Below are positions 11,601-26,355 of a DNA stretch of 64,000 nt, one piece after another. This stretch comes from Octopus bimaculoides. Its lineage: Eukaryota. Below the pieces are notes generated by a model that made no database searches, was not told the DNA's origin, and saw only the letters and a list, made by a program, of their open reading frames with translations. How positions within the stretch are numbered: position 1 is the stretch's first letter; each line of letters opens with the position of its first letter. The stretch lies in NCBI RefSeq assembly GCF_001194135.2, contig NC_069007.1, positions 21,663,262 through 21,727,261 on the forward strand. The letters run 5' to 3'. The translations under genes were made by a program, and so were the position numbers.

Positions 11601-14600
11601 GTTGTCTGTGTATTAAGAGGAGAATCTTGTAGTTTCAAAGACTGTTGAGCAATAGGGGACCGGAGCTGTTGCTGGAGAACAGAAACAGTTTTACATTGTA
11701 CGTTGGGTGTTGAAGTAGACACAGCTGATACCACAAGGGTACGACTGATGGGTGTCGAGGGCGTTGGTGGTAAAGGATTGGCTAAGTTTCTCGAAGGCGT
11801 TCCGGGAGACTGCAGTATTTTGGCGCAATGTTTCTGTTGGTTTGACTGGTTGTGATGACTTTTCGGCGTGTGTGGTGTCGCTGGACTCGAGCCTGATGGA
11901 TGCTGACCTCCGGGAAGCTGACTTGAGTGTGAACTGCTGCTACCTACAGGGAAAGGTGGGCAAGAATCCGGTTGAAGATGGAGAAGAGGTGGTTCCAATA
12001 GTCGTTGTCTTAATGTTGGGGTGTGTGTTAAACACGACTGAGAAGAGTTAGCTACTTTCTGAAAGCCATGCGACGAGTGAATGCTATTTTTATCAACTGA
12101 AAGCAAGAAACAAAAGAAAACATAGCATAGCAGAACACTACAGCACAACAACAACAACAACAACAAACAGCAATTTGAACCAAAATAAAACAAATCGACA
12201 GAAATTTCATTCTAACAAAAATAATAACAAAAGTAAAAATAATAATTATAATAAAATAGCCACAACAACAATAAAGGCTCTCTCTAGACGTTACAGGAGA
12301 GACAAACTCCTATAATGCTACGGTCTAACAGTGTCTGCAGTTAAAGCTATCTTAAGTGAGTGCTAGACATATTTAATATGGCAAGCATTAAAAAAAAAAC
12401 ACTAATTACAAATTATTAATTAGTGATACTGAAGAGCGTTTTCCATTTAACTTTCCCTTCTAATATCATTCTTCGTATATCTTACGCTTTTACTGTGACC
12501 AAAGTACTTCAGCTTCCTTTTTTTTAATAGCTAAGACTGATTATCCTTTAGTATTTGCTAGTTGTAACTTTAGTTGTAATTTGTCTGAGATATTCTTTCT
12601 TTCTATTATGCCAGTGCAGGACCAAGGGGCCTCAGCATGTTCTCTCCACCAACGATGGTCCGATGTGGAGACTGTTAATCTGACCATCAGGTCACACTGG
12701 TTTGATGAGCCTATTCTGCTATGCTGGCTCAACATGACTTGGCAGAGGAATACAGTTTTTATACTCATACTCAGGAGTAGTTAAGTCAATTACATAAACA
12801 CCCACTGTTCAGCTGGTACTCATTTTATCAACCCTCAAAGAATATTCATAACATTCTTTTATGTCCAAATTTCAAAAGCTTCCAGTTTGTCAGAGTTTTC
12901 ATCAATGCCCACATTCCTGCACCACATAATAGTGCAGACCACATAACAGTGTAAACATTTGCACAGCTTTTCCTCGTTTCTATACGTACGTTCCTTGATG
13001 TTAAAGCCTTTGGCCTATTATCATCGTACAGCAATAATAAACGGGTCCCATGAACAGACCAGGAGAGAGCTTCATGTGACCATGATCTGAACTGGAACAG
13101 TACTTCAGTGTGTTTGGTTCTGTTGCGGTGACGAGTCAACCTAACGCAAACTGTCAGCTCCTATAACACATCTAAATATGCTACATGCTAGGTTCACTAA
13201 CATACTTAACCCTTTAGCCTTCACATTACTCCATCAAATGTTCTGCTTATTTATTCACACTGCATTATCTCATAGCTTTGAGATTTCAATGATGTGATTG
13301 TATATTTTTGGAATGGCACTGTAGGGTAAGTGTGAGAGGCCAGATCTGGCCAGTTTGAACATAAGACAGAGCTGGTTTAAATACTAAAGGATTAAAGCTG
13401 CTGTACACCTAAATACACTTGCAAGGCACATCAACAGATCCAAGGCTGCTTGGTAGTAGGTATATAGCTAAATAAACTATGTCAATAGTGAGTCTAGAGA
13501 GCACCATAATATATTAAATAAAAATACAACAAATATTTAAGCTTTAGTAAGAAAGAAAGAAAACACCAAAAATATACACATTGGAGAAAAAAGCATGCAC
13601 AGTTGAAGAATTATATACATAAAACAGAAATAATAAGTTCCAAAAGCTGATAACAATGGAATAATAGGAAGAAATACATTAAAATAATGTTCAAAGCAGT
13701 TTTTAAATATATCAGAAGAAAATAGTTTTTAATGGTTTTATTAGGCAACTCTCTCAGCAGTTAAGGTTTCAATATAAATAGGGACACACCTGGGATCATA
13801 GATGGAATTAAAAGGAATTCGGTTCTCAATTTCCAATCTAACACAACAATCTATTTGTAGAATTTTTCAAGCTATGGTTATTCAATTTAACAGGGGAAAC
13901 CTTTTTACAGTCATATAGCCTATCATAAACAGCAACCAAATTTTCCTCAACTTGTGCCCTACAGTGGGGTCCTAAATTCATTCTATCTGAATACAAAAAG
14001 GGATTATTATAACAAGAGCATCTCTGACCATATTCCTGTTGAATGAGAGCCAGCCTGAGGGTTAACGAATAGCTACTAACAAGTAACTCCGTATATCTGA
14101 ATAAAACGAATGCAAAGTTGGAGCTGGAACATCTTTGGTTATAGATTTTTTAGACCAGAACCGACTTGAGCCTCCAGACAAGTAGCAATAGTAATGCTGC
14201 TAAAACAGATATTGAATTCTTGGAAATCGCACATGTCTGCAACCCACATAGAATCACCCACCCTACTAAACCAGTTTCCATATCATGCTGGAACAAATAA
14301 TTCTTATACAATTGAGAGTCAGTACTTCTCTACAGCCAACCCATCCAGAAAACACTAGAATATGTAATGGGTCTCTTATCCAAGACAAGACACAAATGTA
14401 AAACTTTGAACTTCAAGTCTAGGCAAGGTTGTTTTTGGAAGACCAGCAATTGCCCATGCATACCAGCCTCCTCTCTCTCCGTGATGTTATCCAAGGGAAA
14501 GGCAAAGGGGCCGATAGAGCTTGGCACTAGCCCAGCTTGGGAATCGAACTCACTACCTAATAATTGTGAGCCCAGTGCGCTCTAACTATTGAGCCATGTG

Positions 14601-17600
14601 CCTTCACACTCAGTGTATGTATGTACATGTATGTATATATCTCAACACACACACACATATATATATGAGTTTCTTCAGAATCATAGACATTTTAAAACTA
14701 CCACAGAAGGATAAGTTGGGATATAATAGTTGCTTAAAAAATTATTGGAGCAGATTAGCCATTCCTTGTAGACACTAACCTGCCCACGAAATCACAGTAA
14801 TGCCAATCAGATTAATTATAACAGAATGCTGACCACAACACAACAATCATACAAGTGGTATGACAAGAAGTTGAACACTCACAATTGCAGAAATACTGAA
14901 TGTTTTGAGAGAAATAACATCAAAAGCTTTCTAAAATTCTTATATTTGAGTAATTAAAAATATTAATCTGAATAAATTCAACAGTTAATAACTGAAACAC
15001 ACTTCTCCAAACAGTTACCTTCACTCACAAATCACAAAACAAACTCCATGCTTTCATGTTTTGACAAGTGGTTCAAACACAAAACAAAACATTTCCAAAT
15101 ACACGCATAATGCAGACATAATACAAACTTATGTACTATAGATGCAAATACACACACACACACACACACACACATACATACATACACATATCTCTTTCTC
15201 TCTCTCTCTCCACACACACATTCATACACATATCTCTCTCTCTCTCTCCACACACACACACACACACACACAAATGCGATAATTACATGTTTTAAAATAC
15301 TAAAAAAAACTTAACACTAACACGAACATGCAATATGTAAATATATGAGAAATGTGAACGAAAGGAAAAGCCAACAACAGCAACAAAGTAGCAAAAAAGA
15401 TGAGGAAAAAATAAATGTAAACATTAAAATAAGGCAAAGAAGATAAAAAAAAAGGTAAGTCGATTGACATGCAAAAAGCTATCACTACACATCAACTATT
15501 AATAGCTAGAAATAGAACGCTCTCAGTGTGCGTGTGTGGACAACAAAAGATCTATAATGTATCAATGACTATTGTAGAACAGTGAAGATGAAGAAGGGAG
15601 ACAACTGCTGATGTGATAAGTTTAACAATTTCAGTAAATTAATGGATACATTTTCATGTCAATAATTTCCTTACAAAACTGTAATATATAAAAAGTTAAA
15701 ATTGAATGCATGTACTCAGCCCACACATACACTTCTATTAAATTGCAAGCTAGTATATGCACAAACTATATATAAAGAATAAAAAATTTTGAATGGTAAC
15801 CAATCAAACATTAGGGAAAAGCTGCCAAGAACTGCATGAGCAGTTATGGCATTTTCAATGTAATCTAAGACAGTAGAGCACATATTTACTGTTATTATTA
15901 AGCTGAAGAAGAAGAGGAACAGAATCTGTAGGCTCTCACAGAAATTGGTGCAGCAGGGGAAGAACAAGAGTTTTACCAAAGGTCTTCAACGAAATAAATA
16001 GGTCCCCATGACATTAGTGTCTCAAATTGTAGGACTCGTTTGGCTGGTTGTCTGGTTTCCATGGTGTGTTAAGTGAATGAGATCACAACATTCCCCGCTG
16101 GACGGGACACTAGTCCATTATAGGGTCCTTCATTTACAGCTGAGTGAAATTCAGAGTCTTGCTCCAGAGCACACCACACCACTCTGTCCAGAAACCAGAA
16201 CCGTGACCTTGCGATTGTGAATCCAACACTCTGTCAGACTAGGCCATGCTCCTCCACCTTCAGTTGGAGAGATGTAACATAGGAGAGCAATGCTCTATGA
16301 AAACCAGCGAGAAGTGTAACCATTCAAACAGAAACAGTCAATTATACCTGAACTTCAACTACATAACTATGTAATTATATAACAGTTTCTTTCTCTCATT
16401 TAATTGTGGAGACAAAGTGTTTGGTTTTGTTCCACTTAACCATCCATTCTCAGACAATCAAATAGTTTTCCTTGCAAACCATCAAACCTACCTTGCCAAG
16501 TGATTGCAAATGGCAGAGGAGATGACCTCTTTGAAAATCCACTGAACTGAATGTCTTTATTCCCATCTTTTCTTTCAATGATTTTCTCTTCAACATTAGG
16601 AAATACCGCCCTAAAAAGAGTAAAATGAGAGAAAGTTTGAAAAACTTTAAATGCCTATTTGAAAAAAACTGTATTGGTTTCTCTAAGATTGTTGCAGAAA
16701 CCCAACAAGAGAGAACATTACACTATTATGGGTTTGTTTCTCTGTTGAGACTGAAGTACAACAAGCTGCAAGTAAGAACACGTTTCAAGCTGTTGGTTGA
16801 CTCTGTCTCCTCTTCAGTCAAACCAATCTTTATTTCACTGACCTCCACTCACCAAGAGGGGTTAAAGACAAGTTATCCAAGAGGGGATTCAGAAATACAA
16901 GGTACAGAACATGAGGACAACAAGGCTCAATGGCAGAGCATGTTTTTCTGTTCTACTTCAGCCATTAAAAAAAATAATATTAATTTGAAATTTTGGTACA
17001 AGACCATAGCATCAGCACCAGTGCTTTGTGTAAAACACTAGTTTATAAATCACAAAATATTTTTTAAAAGGTTTCCAAGTATCTCATATAATTGGTACAA
17101 AATTGCAAACAACATAAAATCGTACCAGAATCACAAATACCATTTGAACAGTACCACGAAACGGGTTGAAGCCTGGAGAGTTGTTACTAAGTGTTCTGAG
17201 ATACTGATTTAGCAAAACTGTTTTCAACCAGCTACACATGTATTTAACCAATACATTTATGCACATACATGTATAAGCAGAGAATACTATCTCACAGTGG
17301 GAGATGACCATGTCAAAGTGAATGTTAAAAGATGATATCTCAAGTTGTGAGATGACTGGGTCTTGTGATTTTTGTGATTTTAGTTTCGTAATTGCAACAG
17401 AGATGTAGACTTTGTGCTTTATCCAAAGCCATGATGCTCTTCTAATGGGTTAAGCCCCTCGTGTAGTCTGTGATAAATGTAGTATTGTAGCCAAACACAT
17501 GTAAACAACAAAGAAAGGGGGAGGTGGAGTACTTACTTAACACAGGTATGCAACACTGAGCTATTCAGTGGGTTTGGTAAGGAAAACTTTTTACAAAAAG

Positions 17601-20600
17601 ATAAATAATCTGTGTACAATGACAGATGAGACATGTAACAGCCATCTCTCAACTCAAGATTTGCTCGCAACCTGGAAGGACAGAATAGCAATGGAAGTGA
17701 ACATAAGAGGAAAGGTACAGGCTGTAGACATTCAAGGTGTGTCTGTGAAGATGTATATACATATATATTCTTTTATCGAAGATATCAACCCCATTCTATT
17801 GGGCTCTTTTGCTGAACTGCTAAGTTACGGAGACATAAACACACCGTCAGTAGTTAAGCGATGGTGGGTGACAAACACAGACACAGATATATAACAGGTT
17901 TCTCCAAGTCTCTGTCTACCAAAACCACTCACAAGGCTTTGGTTGGCCCGAGGCTATAGTGAAGACATTTGCCCAAGGCACCATGCAGTGGGACTGAACC
18001 TGAAACTTTGTGGCTGGGAACCAAGCTTCTTACCACACAACCACGCCTACACCTATATATATATATATATATATATATCATCATCATCAGGAAATATAAA
18101 TGATATAAAATTGTGAAATACAAATACACACATACACGTAATATTGAAAAAATATTTTCCTTTTCTATTTATATCTCTCTCCGTGTGTATAGATTTTGTC
18201 TCAGCATCCAGTTGTCAGTGGGTACTTGCTACTGATGAAGCCCAAAGAGGTAGAAATGGCCATTTAGCAACACCACTACCACCACTGCTGCTGCTGCTGG
18301 ATGACTTTCATCTGCTAGTCATATATTTCTGTATCTTTTAACATTGTATATCAATAAGAGACATTGTTTCAGGACAAATACCACAAGTAACTGGGTTTTC
18401 AGTAATGTATCTGCTTTAAGTATGATACACAGATTGCTTTTGTTGCACATTATATATATATTTATCATCATTTTAACATCTGTTTTCCATGCTGGCATGA
18501 GTTAGAGGGGTTTGACACAAGCTGACAAAGCTGAGAGCTGCAACAGGCTCCACTGGCCATTTTGGCATAGTTCCTATAGCTGCATGTCCTTCCTAGCGCC
18601 AACTACTTTACAGGGTGTACTGAGTGCTTTCTATGTGTGTGTGTCATAAAAAGGTAAGAAAATGATATGAGAGAGAGAAAGAGTGTTCCTTACCAATTAC
18701 AAGTGGTTTCTATTTCTGAGGTAGGAATAGAACTTGGTGGAGGTCCCGTTTCTGGAAAAGAATAAGAAAATCTTAACAATGATATGAACAAGGCATCATT
18801 AATCAATACTTTGAGATGAAATTGTACCCAGTTCAAAGACATTTACCATTCAGCACATCTAAAGTAATTCCAGCCTGTTGAAGAGATGCAACGATGGACA
18901 GCAATAGTTCAGCAAAGTGACCACAAGCAGACACATAACCATCATCATCATCATCAATTTTAACACCAACTTTTCCATACTTGCATGGGTTGGACAGAAT
19001 TTGTTGAAGAAGATTCTCTACAGCTGGATGCCCTTCAAGCAAGATAAGTGCCCCTCACCCCCATGGCTAGACATGTTTACACACAAGACTGGAAACATAC
19101 AGGCAATGTTTCCAGGCAGATCTGGGCCTATATTTTCATTCTAAAAACAAAAAAATCACATCATCAAAATCTCAATGCTATCAGTTAATGCCCGATTAAT
19201 TCAAAACAATAAGCATTACATTTGACAGGATAATCTGAAAGCTAAAGGCTTAAGAGATGAGCAATATTCCAGATCATTTGAACCACTAAATCAAGAGACA
19301 GACAGAAAATAAATGTAATACTTACTGCAATTCAAAGTAATGGATGGTGGAGGTTGTGGAGGCACTGGAGGTCCAATAGCTGTCAAACCTGCTTGCTGGT
19401 GGGGAACAAACTCTACAACTTTGATACCAATCAGAGAATTCGGACCATAAGATTGTGCCTCAACGGTAACCAATTGGACCAGGATATCTAATGGAATCAA
19501 AACATTTCAAATGAAAGCAGTAGTAGTAATAGCAATAGTGGAAATGTAAACAGGATGAGGATACAAGCATAACATTTTCATGAGTGGGACTGGTGGTTAT
19601 ACAGAGCCCAGTTTTTGAGTGCTACTTATTTCATCAGCCCATTAATGAGGTAAGGCAGAGCTCGACTCAACCGAGATATCCAAAAGAAATTTATAAATTA
19701 AAATGGAAGTTGTAGTAACAGCAGCAGCAACAATAATAATAATCCTTCCTGCTATAGACACAAGGCCTGAAATTTCGGGGGGTGGGGGGTTAATCGATTA
19801 CATTGACCCAAGAGGTCAACTGGTACTTATTTTATCGACCCTGAAAGGATGAGAGGCAAAGTCAGCCTCAAGTGGTACTCTAAGGTACTTTGTCTGAAAA
19901 GAATATTCATTCCTCTTTTCGTTTTTTTTGTTAAGTCCATCCCCTGGGTTTGTCCGTGAGCCAGTGGAGAGAGAACTTATTTCCTGAGCAGAAGTTAGTT
20001 ACCAGCTAACTGACAGCTTCTGAAATAAAAAACTACCAGTAACTTCATGAATCTGCTCTACTTTAGGATGGCTTAAATAGCTTTTGAAGGGTTAGTGTTG
20101 AGAAAAAATAACAAACCAGCATACGTACCGACAGCATGTTTCACAGAAGAGATAGCACCAGATGTAGCTTCCCCTAATTCGGATAACTGATACAAGGCTT
20201 CTAGAGTATAAATAATCAGTTGAATATCATGGATGGTCAACAGCTTACATATATCCTCGTATGCTTTACTTTCCAGATGTTCAGACAATAAGCTTTCATT
20301 TTCTTCCACTTGGCACAATTTGCTCAGAATTTCAAGTCCTGGAATAAAGAAATGAAGACCATTGTACGCAAAACATAAAAAAGAAAGCTGAATGAAAATC
20401 AACTATGAAGAAATCATTATTCATCCCTCGCTAGAAATGAATGTTTGTCAAACACTGTATTTTCCAGCATATAATTGCAATGCCCCACCCAATTCTTCCA
20501 AAAGTTCCCCTGCACTGTATATACTGATGGTCAGGATTTGAATAGACTTGGTTAGTGTTATTAATGATGGACAATACTGGTGATGGTGGAAGTCAGTGGT

Positions 20601-23600
20601 GATGTTTGGTTAATGTAAGTATTGCAACTCAGTCTACCATAATAGCTAACCAAAGGGTGTCAGGTCTAAATTTTCATGGTTCCTCTAAAAGGTTACACAG
20701 ATCTCACAGGGACTTTCTTCCAGTCCCTGTGTCTTTGCCTTGCCATCACAGCCCACCCAATAAACAAAAGATGAAAAGAAAAGGTTTCCTTACCACGGAC
20801 TACTTCACATTTATCACTGGAGCATAAACATTTGGATATCAACCTCAGCATCAGCTGTGTATCAGGGTGGTCAACACTCTCCAATATCATCTGAATCCAA
20901 AGAAACCATTGGGGGTTAAAGTTTGTAAAATGAATCACATGGAACAGCAAATCTATTTTACTGTGTGTGCATGTGTGTGTATGCATGTATGTATGTATGT
21001 GCATCTGCGCTTGCTAACATGATTCAACGTGTAATATGTGATAAAGTCTGCCTGTCAATCTCAGGTCTGGAAAGACATGACGCAGTACATAAGCATCCAG
21101 TCCCAGAAAGTGACTCGATCAATCCTGTCGAAGTTACAGCTTTCATCTGTCCCCTGGGCTTCAAAACTATGTGTGTGTGTGTGTGTGTGTGTGCCTTTGT
21201 GCTTCCCCTCCCCACCATTTGACAACTGGTGTTGGTTTGTTCATGTCCCAGTATCTTAATGGTTCATCAAAAGGGATCAATGGAATAATAGTACTAGACT
21301 CAAAAGACGTGCTGGGGGTCAATATATTCCACTGAACCCTTCACGTTGGTTGTTGAGCTCAGCAGCAGTCCAGAGACTAAACCCAGCAAAAGGTGAAAAG
21401 AGGAAAAAAACTCATCTCAAAACACAACACAAAAACAAAACCCAACAAAAACGAACTGAAAACTGTTTTACCTGAAGGGCAGAATTGCCCAGAGTATCCA
21501 GTCCTATTTGGCGCAGGGAGCCATACTTGCTGTATGCACAGAGCAATAGAAACCTGCAACAGAGAAGAGAAAGGAGTTCAGTGACTGGAAGGGACAGACT
21601 GGAGGCTGCAGTGGTTTCACAGTTGAGTGGGACAAAGCAGGGATAATTACTAACCACAGAGTGTCGTTAATTTCTATCAAATGGAGGCTGTTTTATAACG
21701 CTTACAAATCCTTGAGATACTTTTAATGACTAATTATTGGCATTAACTCTTTAGCATTCAAATTGCTCAGTCAAATGTAATGTTTATTTATTCACATGGT
21801 TTCGAATTAATCTGATAAGTAAAACATGATCACCTCTCACTTGGAAGTTTCACTCAAAGTTCTGACTATGATACAGCCAGCCATCTACCAGAAGAAACAG
21901 TTGCACAAACAGCCACTATTTGATGATGACAATGATGATAGTGATGACAATAATGTTATAAGAGAAATTATCATTGAAGATAGAAAATAAAAAAAAAAAT
22001 TAAAATTTTTTACCTAAACACACTTCTGTTGTTGGCCAAGATCTGCAAATTTTCTTCATCAAAAGATAAATTCCTGATTATAATAGCCATCTAGAAGAAT
22101 GGGGAAGAAAAAGAGAAAGCTTTCATGAAATTCCAGTGTCAGAGAATTAAGGTGAGTTGACTACAGGTAAAGTCTGGCCAGGTGCAAGAGATTTAATGCG
22201 TTAACCACCACATTAACCTGTTACGGAAACTTAGCAGGGATGCCCATCTATTTCATGGGGTCACACTGCATATTGTTTAATTACAAGGAAATATAATTTT
22301 TTTTTTTTTTTTTTGCATTTTCACAATATTTCATAATTAAACTTTAATATTTAGCATTCATATTATCAAAATATCCTCAAAACCATGTCAAAGATACAGA
22401 ATAAAATATCATGAAAATGTACCACAGGTGGTACATATGGAGATTGTGTGAAGCTTGCCAGTGGTAGTTTATGTGGTGGTCATTGTGTCAAGACACATTT
22501 TGAAGAAGATAAAAGAGAAGGGGCATTTCATTTCCTTCATGATATTTTCTCAACCACATGATTTCAGGCTGAGTCCATCTGCATGGCACCTTGGGCAAGT
22601 GTCTTCTACTATAGCCTCATAACTTAGTAGTTCGGCAAAAGAAACCAACAGAAAAAGGCTTACAAAGAATAAGTCCTGGAGTCGATTTGTTCGACTAAAG
22701 GCAGTGCTCCAGCATGGCCACAGTTAAATGACTGAAACTAGTAAAAGAATAAATATATATATATATATNNNNNNNNNNATATATATTACACTTACCTGAG
22801 TCACTCGCTGACCTTCGACATCATTAACTCCTAGACTGCGGCCAAGATTCAAAACTTCTTCACCAACCCACTCTCCTGTGAAACAAACGAATGAAGGAAA
22901 GACAATTATTCAGTTTTAAAATTGTAAACATACACTTGTAATACGCATGCAGGCAGGTTCCTTCCACAGTTACAGTTGACCCTTTTGATAACAACCCACC
23001 AGGCACCACACCTCAGCTCCTATTATTTCCAAAACCTGACATTAAAATTCAATGCTAGAAAATGTCCCAACCGACATCCTGAAGAGGACAATGGGGAAGG
23101 CGCATGGCTTGGTGGGCGGGGTATTCAGTTCATGGATATATATATATGGTCAGGAGTTCAATTACCAGCCATGCATTGTGTCCTCGAGCAAATACACTTT
23201 ATTTCATATTGCTCTGGTCCACTCAGCCAGCAAAAATGAGCTGTGCCTGTAATTCAAAGGGCCAGTCTTGTCACATTCTGTGTTACACTGAAACCTCAGC
23301 CACTTGCATGTTAATCTCACAAGCAGGTTGTTCCATTGATTGGACCATCTGGATCCCTTGTTCTCATAATTAACGAAGTGCCATTTAATAGGACAAAGTT
23401 AGTTCGCTAATTTCATTATTATTTTCAACACAAATTTTAGTTTTGGGCCACAGGCCCAATTAGCCCTCCACAGGAGCCAGCTGAAAAGTCCACACATGGT
23501 GCAGCTTTTAAGCTAGTATATAAATATAAATATGCAGGCAGATCCAAAAGTATCTCAGCCATAAGTAGAACAAAAAAAAAAGAAGGAACCATGCAGCAGC

Positions 23601-26314
23601 TCTGATATTAGTCAGGTCATCTATTGTGTTGGGTATAAGCTTGCAGGGATTGCAGGGAAGTACCAAGAGATATTTACTTATCAGCGATGCGTCCCTCGTG
23701 TCTGAGATCATTTCACGAACTTCTTTATCATACACTGTATCATACCAGAACTGAAAACAGAAAAGAAATACATCAACAACAATCCCGCTTAGATATACAG
23801 ATATAATAGAGACATTCATACTGATACAATACAGAGATATTACATATAAAAAAAACAATGGAATTTAACTCCGATTTATTTAATCCAACAAATAAGCCAT
23901 TTTCTCACAAGCTTTCCCTTTCTCTCCCTATAACTTTTAAATTTTTAGGTTCCAAATCCCAGGGTTCCGCTTTTAAAAACTTTGGTGCATTTAACATATT
24001 TGATAGCATAGAAGATACACCCCAATTTCAGAGGTGCACCTTATATTTGTTGTTTGCACTCATTAGACTGCAGCCATGCTGGGGCATTGCCCAGAAGAAG
24101 AATTTTGGTCAGATGAATCACTAAGAAGGGCATCCAGTCATAGAAACCATGCCAAAACAGATGACTGGAACCTGGTGCAGTTCTCTGGCTTACCAGCAGC
24201 CCTTCAGTTTTTCTGAGCCCTGTAAAAGAACTCAGAAGGTTGGCCCTCCAACCAGGCCTTTCGCAAAACCTTTAGAGCCAGGAATTTTTCAGCATCCCTT
24301 CATGTATCGCTCAGCATGAACGAGAAAGATAAATATATCTTTTTTATGATTACATTTCATGAGAGAGGTTAGTGCATGGTGTAAGGTTTGCATCTTGATA
24401 TTTATACTGGTTGAAAGGAAAGGTGAGTAATTCCACCTTCTTGAGATATTTCCTCTTCAATAAACAAAGGTGTGTCATGAGGAATTGGTAATGAAAGAGT
24501 TCCAAGAAATTTAACCAGAATTATTATTATGTAAGCTCTGTCAGTTCTCTATAAAAAACAGATAATCTGGTAAGGATCTGGTGCCAAGAGTGCCACAAAA
24601 ATCAGTTGATGCAACTGTAGAAGCAAAAGAAAAGAAAAACAAAAAAAATTTACCTTCACAAAATTCCTTTTAGAAAATGGTCGCCAACCATTTTCGTAGA
24701 GTTCTTCTAAAGAACTTTCCCCTGCAATAAAAAGAAATTGTAGTTAAGAATGGGTTAAGATACTGACTTTTGGTATGAACCCACCTGAGACTTGACCCTG
24801 GTTCAATGATACAGACTTCTTGTTTTTAAGTAGCTTTAAAAATTAAAACCTTTCAAAATTTAATATTAATTTATGTTTCAAGCATCAGATTAATGATGAT
24901 GGTTATTTGAAGTTCTTCATTATCTTAAAAATTAATTGAAATAAAAACAGTGCATTTCGATATAAATATGGTAATGAAAGTGTTAAGGATGTAAAAAGAG
25001 AGAATAAGATAATATCTAGTCTCCATTGGAAAATCTAATAATAATGGTTACTTCTGATAAGACCCTATGGAGGAGGTACCTGTGGACTCTACCCCCACAA
25101 CCCACCCAGGAATAGTTGGTGGCAAAGATGGATGACTATATGACTGGGTACAATAATAGTCTTTTATTTTTTCCTCTTCCTAAATATCCAGCATCAATGA
25201 GGTACCTTATTGTAACTGAAAGAAATAAGATCAAAGCAAGTTTTATTTCCACATCACGACAATGGTGCTGGTACCACCATCACAGTCATAAACCTATGTG
25301 GAAGCTTCTATGTAGTCACACGACCAGCTAGAAACAGCAGTTGACAAAAATGAAGGGCATCCAACCACAAAAAAAATACACCTTAATAAACACCATCCAA
25401 CCAGGAAATTAGCCCCTATTGCTCCTTATGGAGTAATGTAGACTAACCATGGCCAGCCCAAATGCTAAAACATTAAATAAAAATCAAACAATAATAGATA
25501 TATATGCATTGTACTTACCGAGTGAAAAAATTCCTATGTGTGCTAAAAGAAGATCTAGTAGATGCTTGGATTTGTCCAAGCGTAATGAGCGCTTGCCATC
25601 GTTGGAGAGTAAAGTGCACACGTTGACCACAAAGTCTACTTCATTCGGTAATCCAGACATTAAAGCCATTTCCAACTTGTCATAGTCACTGAATGTAACA
25701 AACTGGCAAGACAAACCAGCATTTTGACGTGCAGACTCTGGAAAAGAACAAAACAACAACTGCATATGTTTTCACGTAAATTTGTTTTTTAAATATTCAC
25801 TCAACACTAGGAAGAAATTATGAGGGACTACTGTGGCTGGGGCTTGAAATCATGTGGAAGATCATAAGGATATCGTTGTGATATCACATAAGATTTATTG
25901 TGGCAAGGGCTTAAGATCACAAAGGATATTGTGGCTATAAGGTCTGGAGATCATATGGAATACTGTTGAGGGCAAGATCGGGAGATCATATGGAATATTG
26001 CTGAGGGCTGGAGATCATGTGTGTTTATTATAGCAAGGGCTTGAGATCATATGGGATATTGTTGAGGTATGTATGAAGATCAAGTGAGATATTTGTGGAT
26101 GCAATGTTGGAAATCATATGGGGTACTGTTGCAGCAGGTGTGAGTTAGGGTATTTTGTGATAGGGATGCAATTTTCTATCAGGTGAAAATGTTGATTTGG
26201 TCTTCCCTAAAACATAATATGGCTATTATCTACCTCAGTGAGGTGGTCAGTGTACCACTGTAGTATAACAGCTGACCTAGAGTTAATCCTGGTTATCAAA
26301 ATGGTAACTTACTG

Positions 26315-26355
<41 letters not shown>

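Noticed and set aside
8247-12051. Plus-strand ORFs of 60-116 aa overlapping the giant exon
   Set aside because: Expected antisense shadows of a long low-complexity coding exon; no domain similarity.
12097-12193. N-terminal 32 aa of the 1411-aa ORF ([13 protein letters not shown]...)
   Set aside because: Intronic pyrimidine tract and (TTG)n repeat read through in frame; the real exon starts at the 12096 acceptor. It is not a signal peptide.
16775-16824. CUGAAGA...GAAACGUGUU on the minus strand
   Set aside because: Resembles a decayed Penelope-type motif, but helix I does not pair and helix II is only 3 weak bp; too degenerate to call.
17084-17311. ORF containing CSWLKT as the start of the RFX domain
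   Set aside because: Wrong phase and no downstream RFX pattern; the true exon is 17537-17671.
18845-18875. Candidate ARID2 exon ending GAA TG|gtaaat
   Set aside because: No similarity to ARID2; the 18694-18751 exon has a better acceptor and donor and fits the expected sequence.
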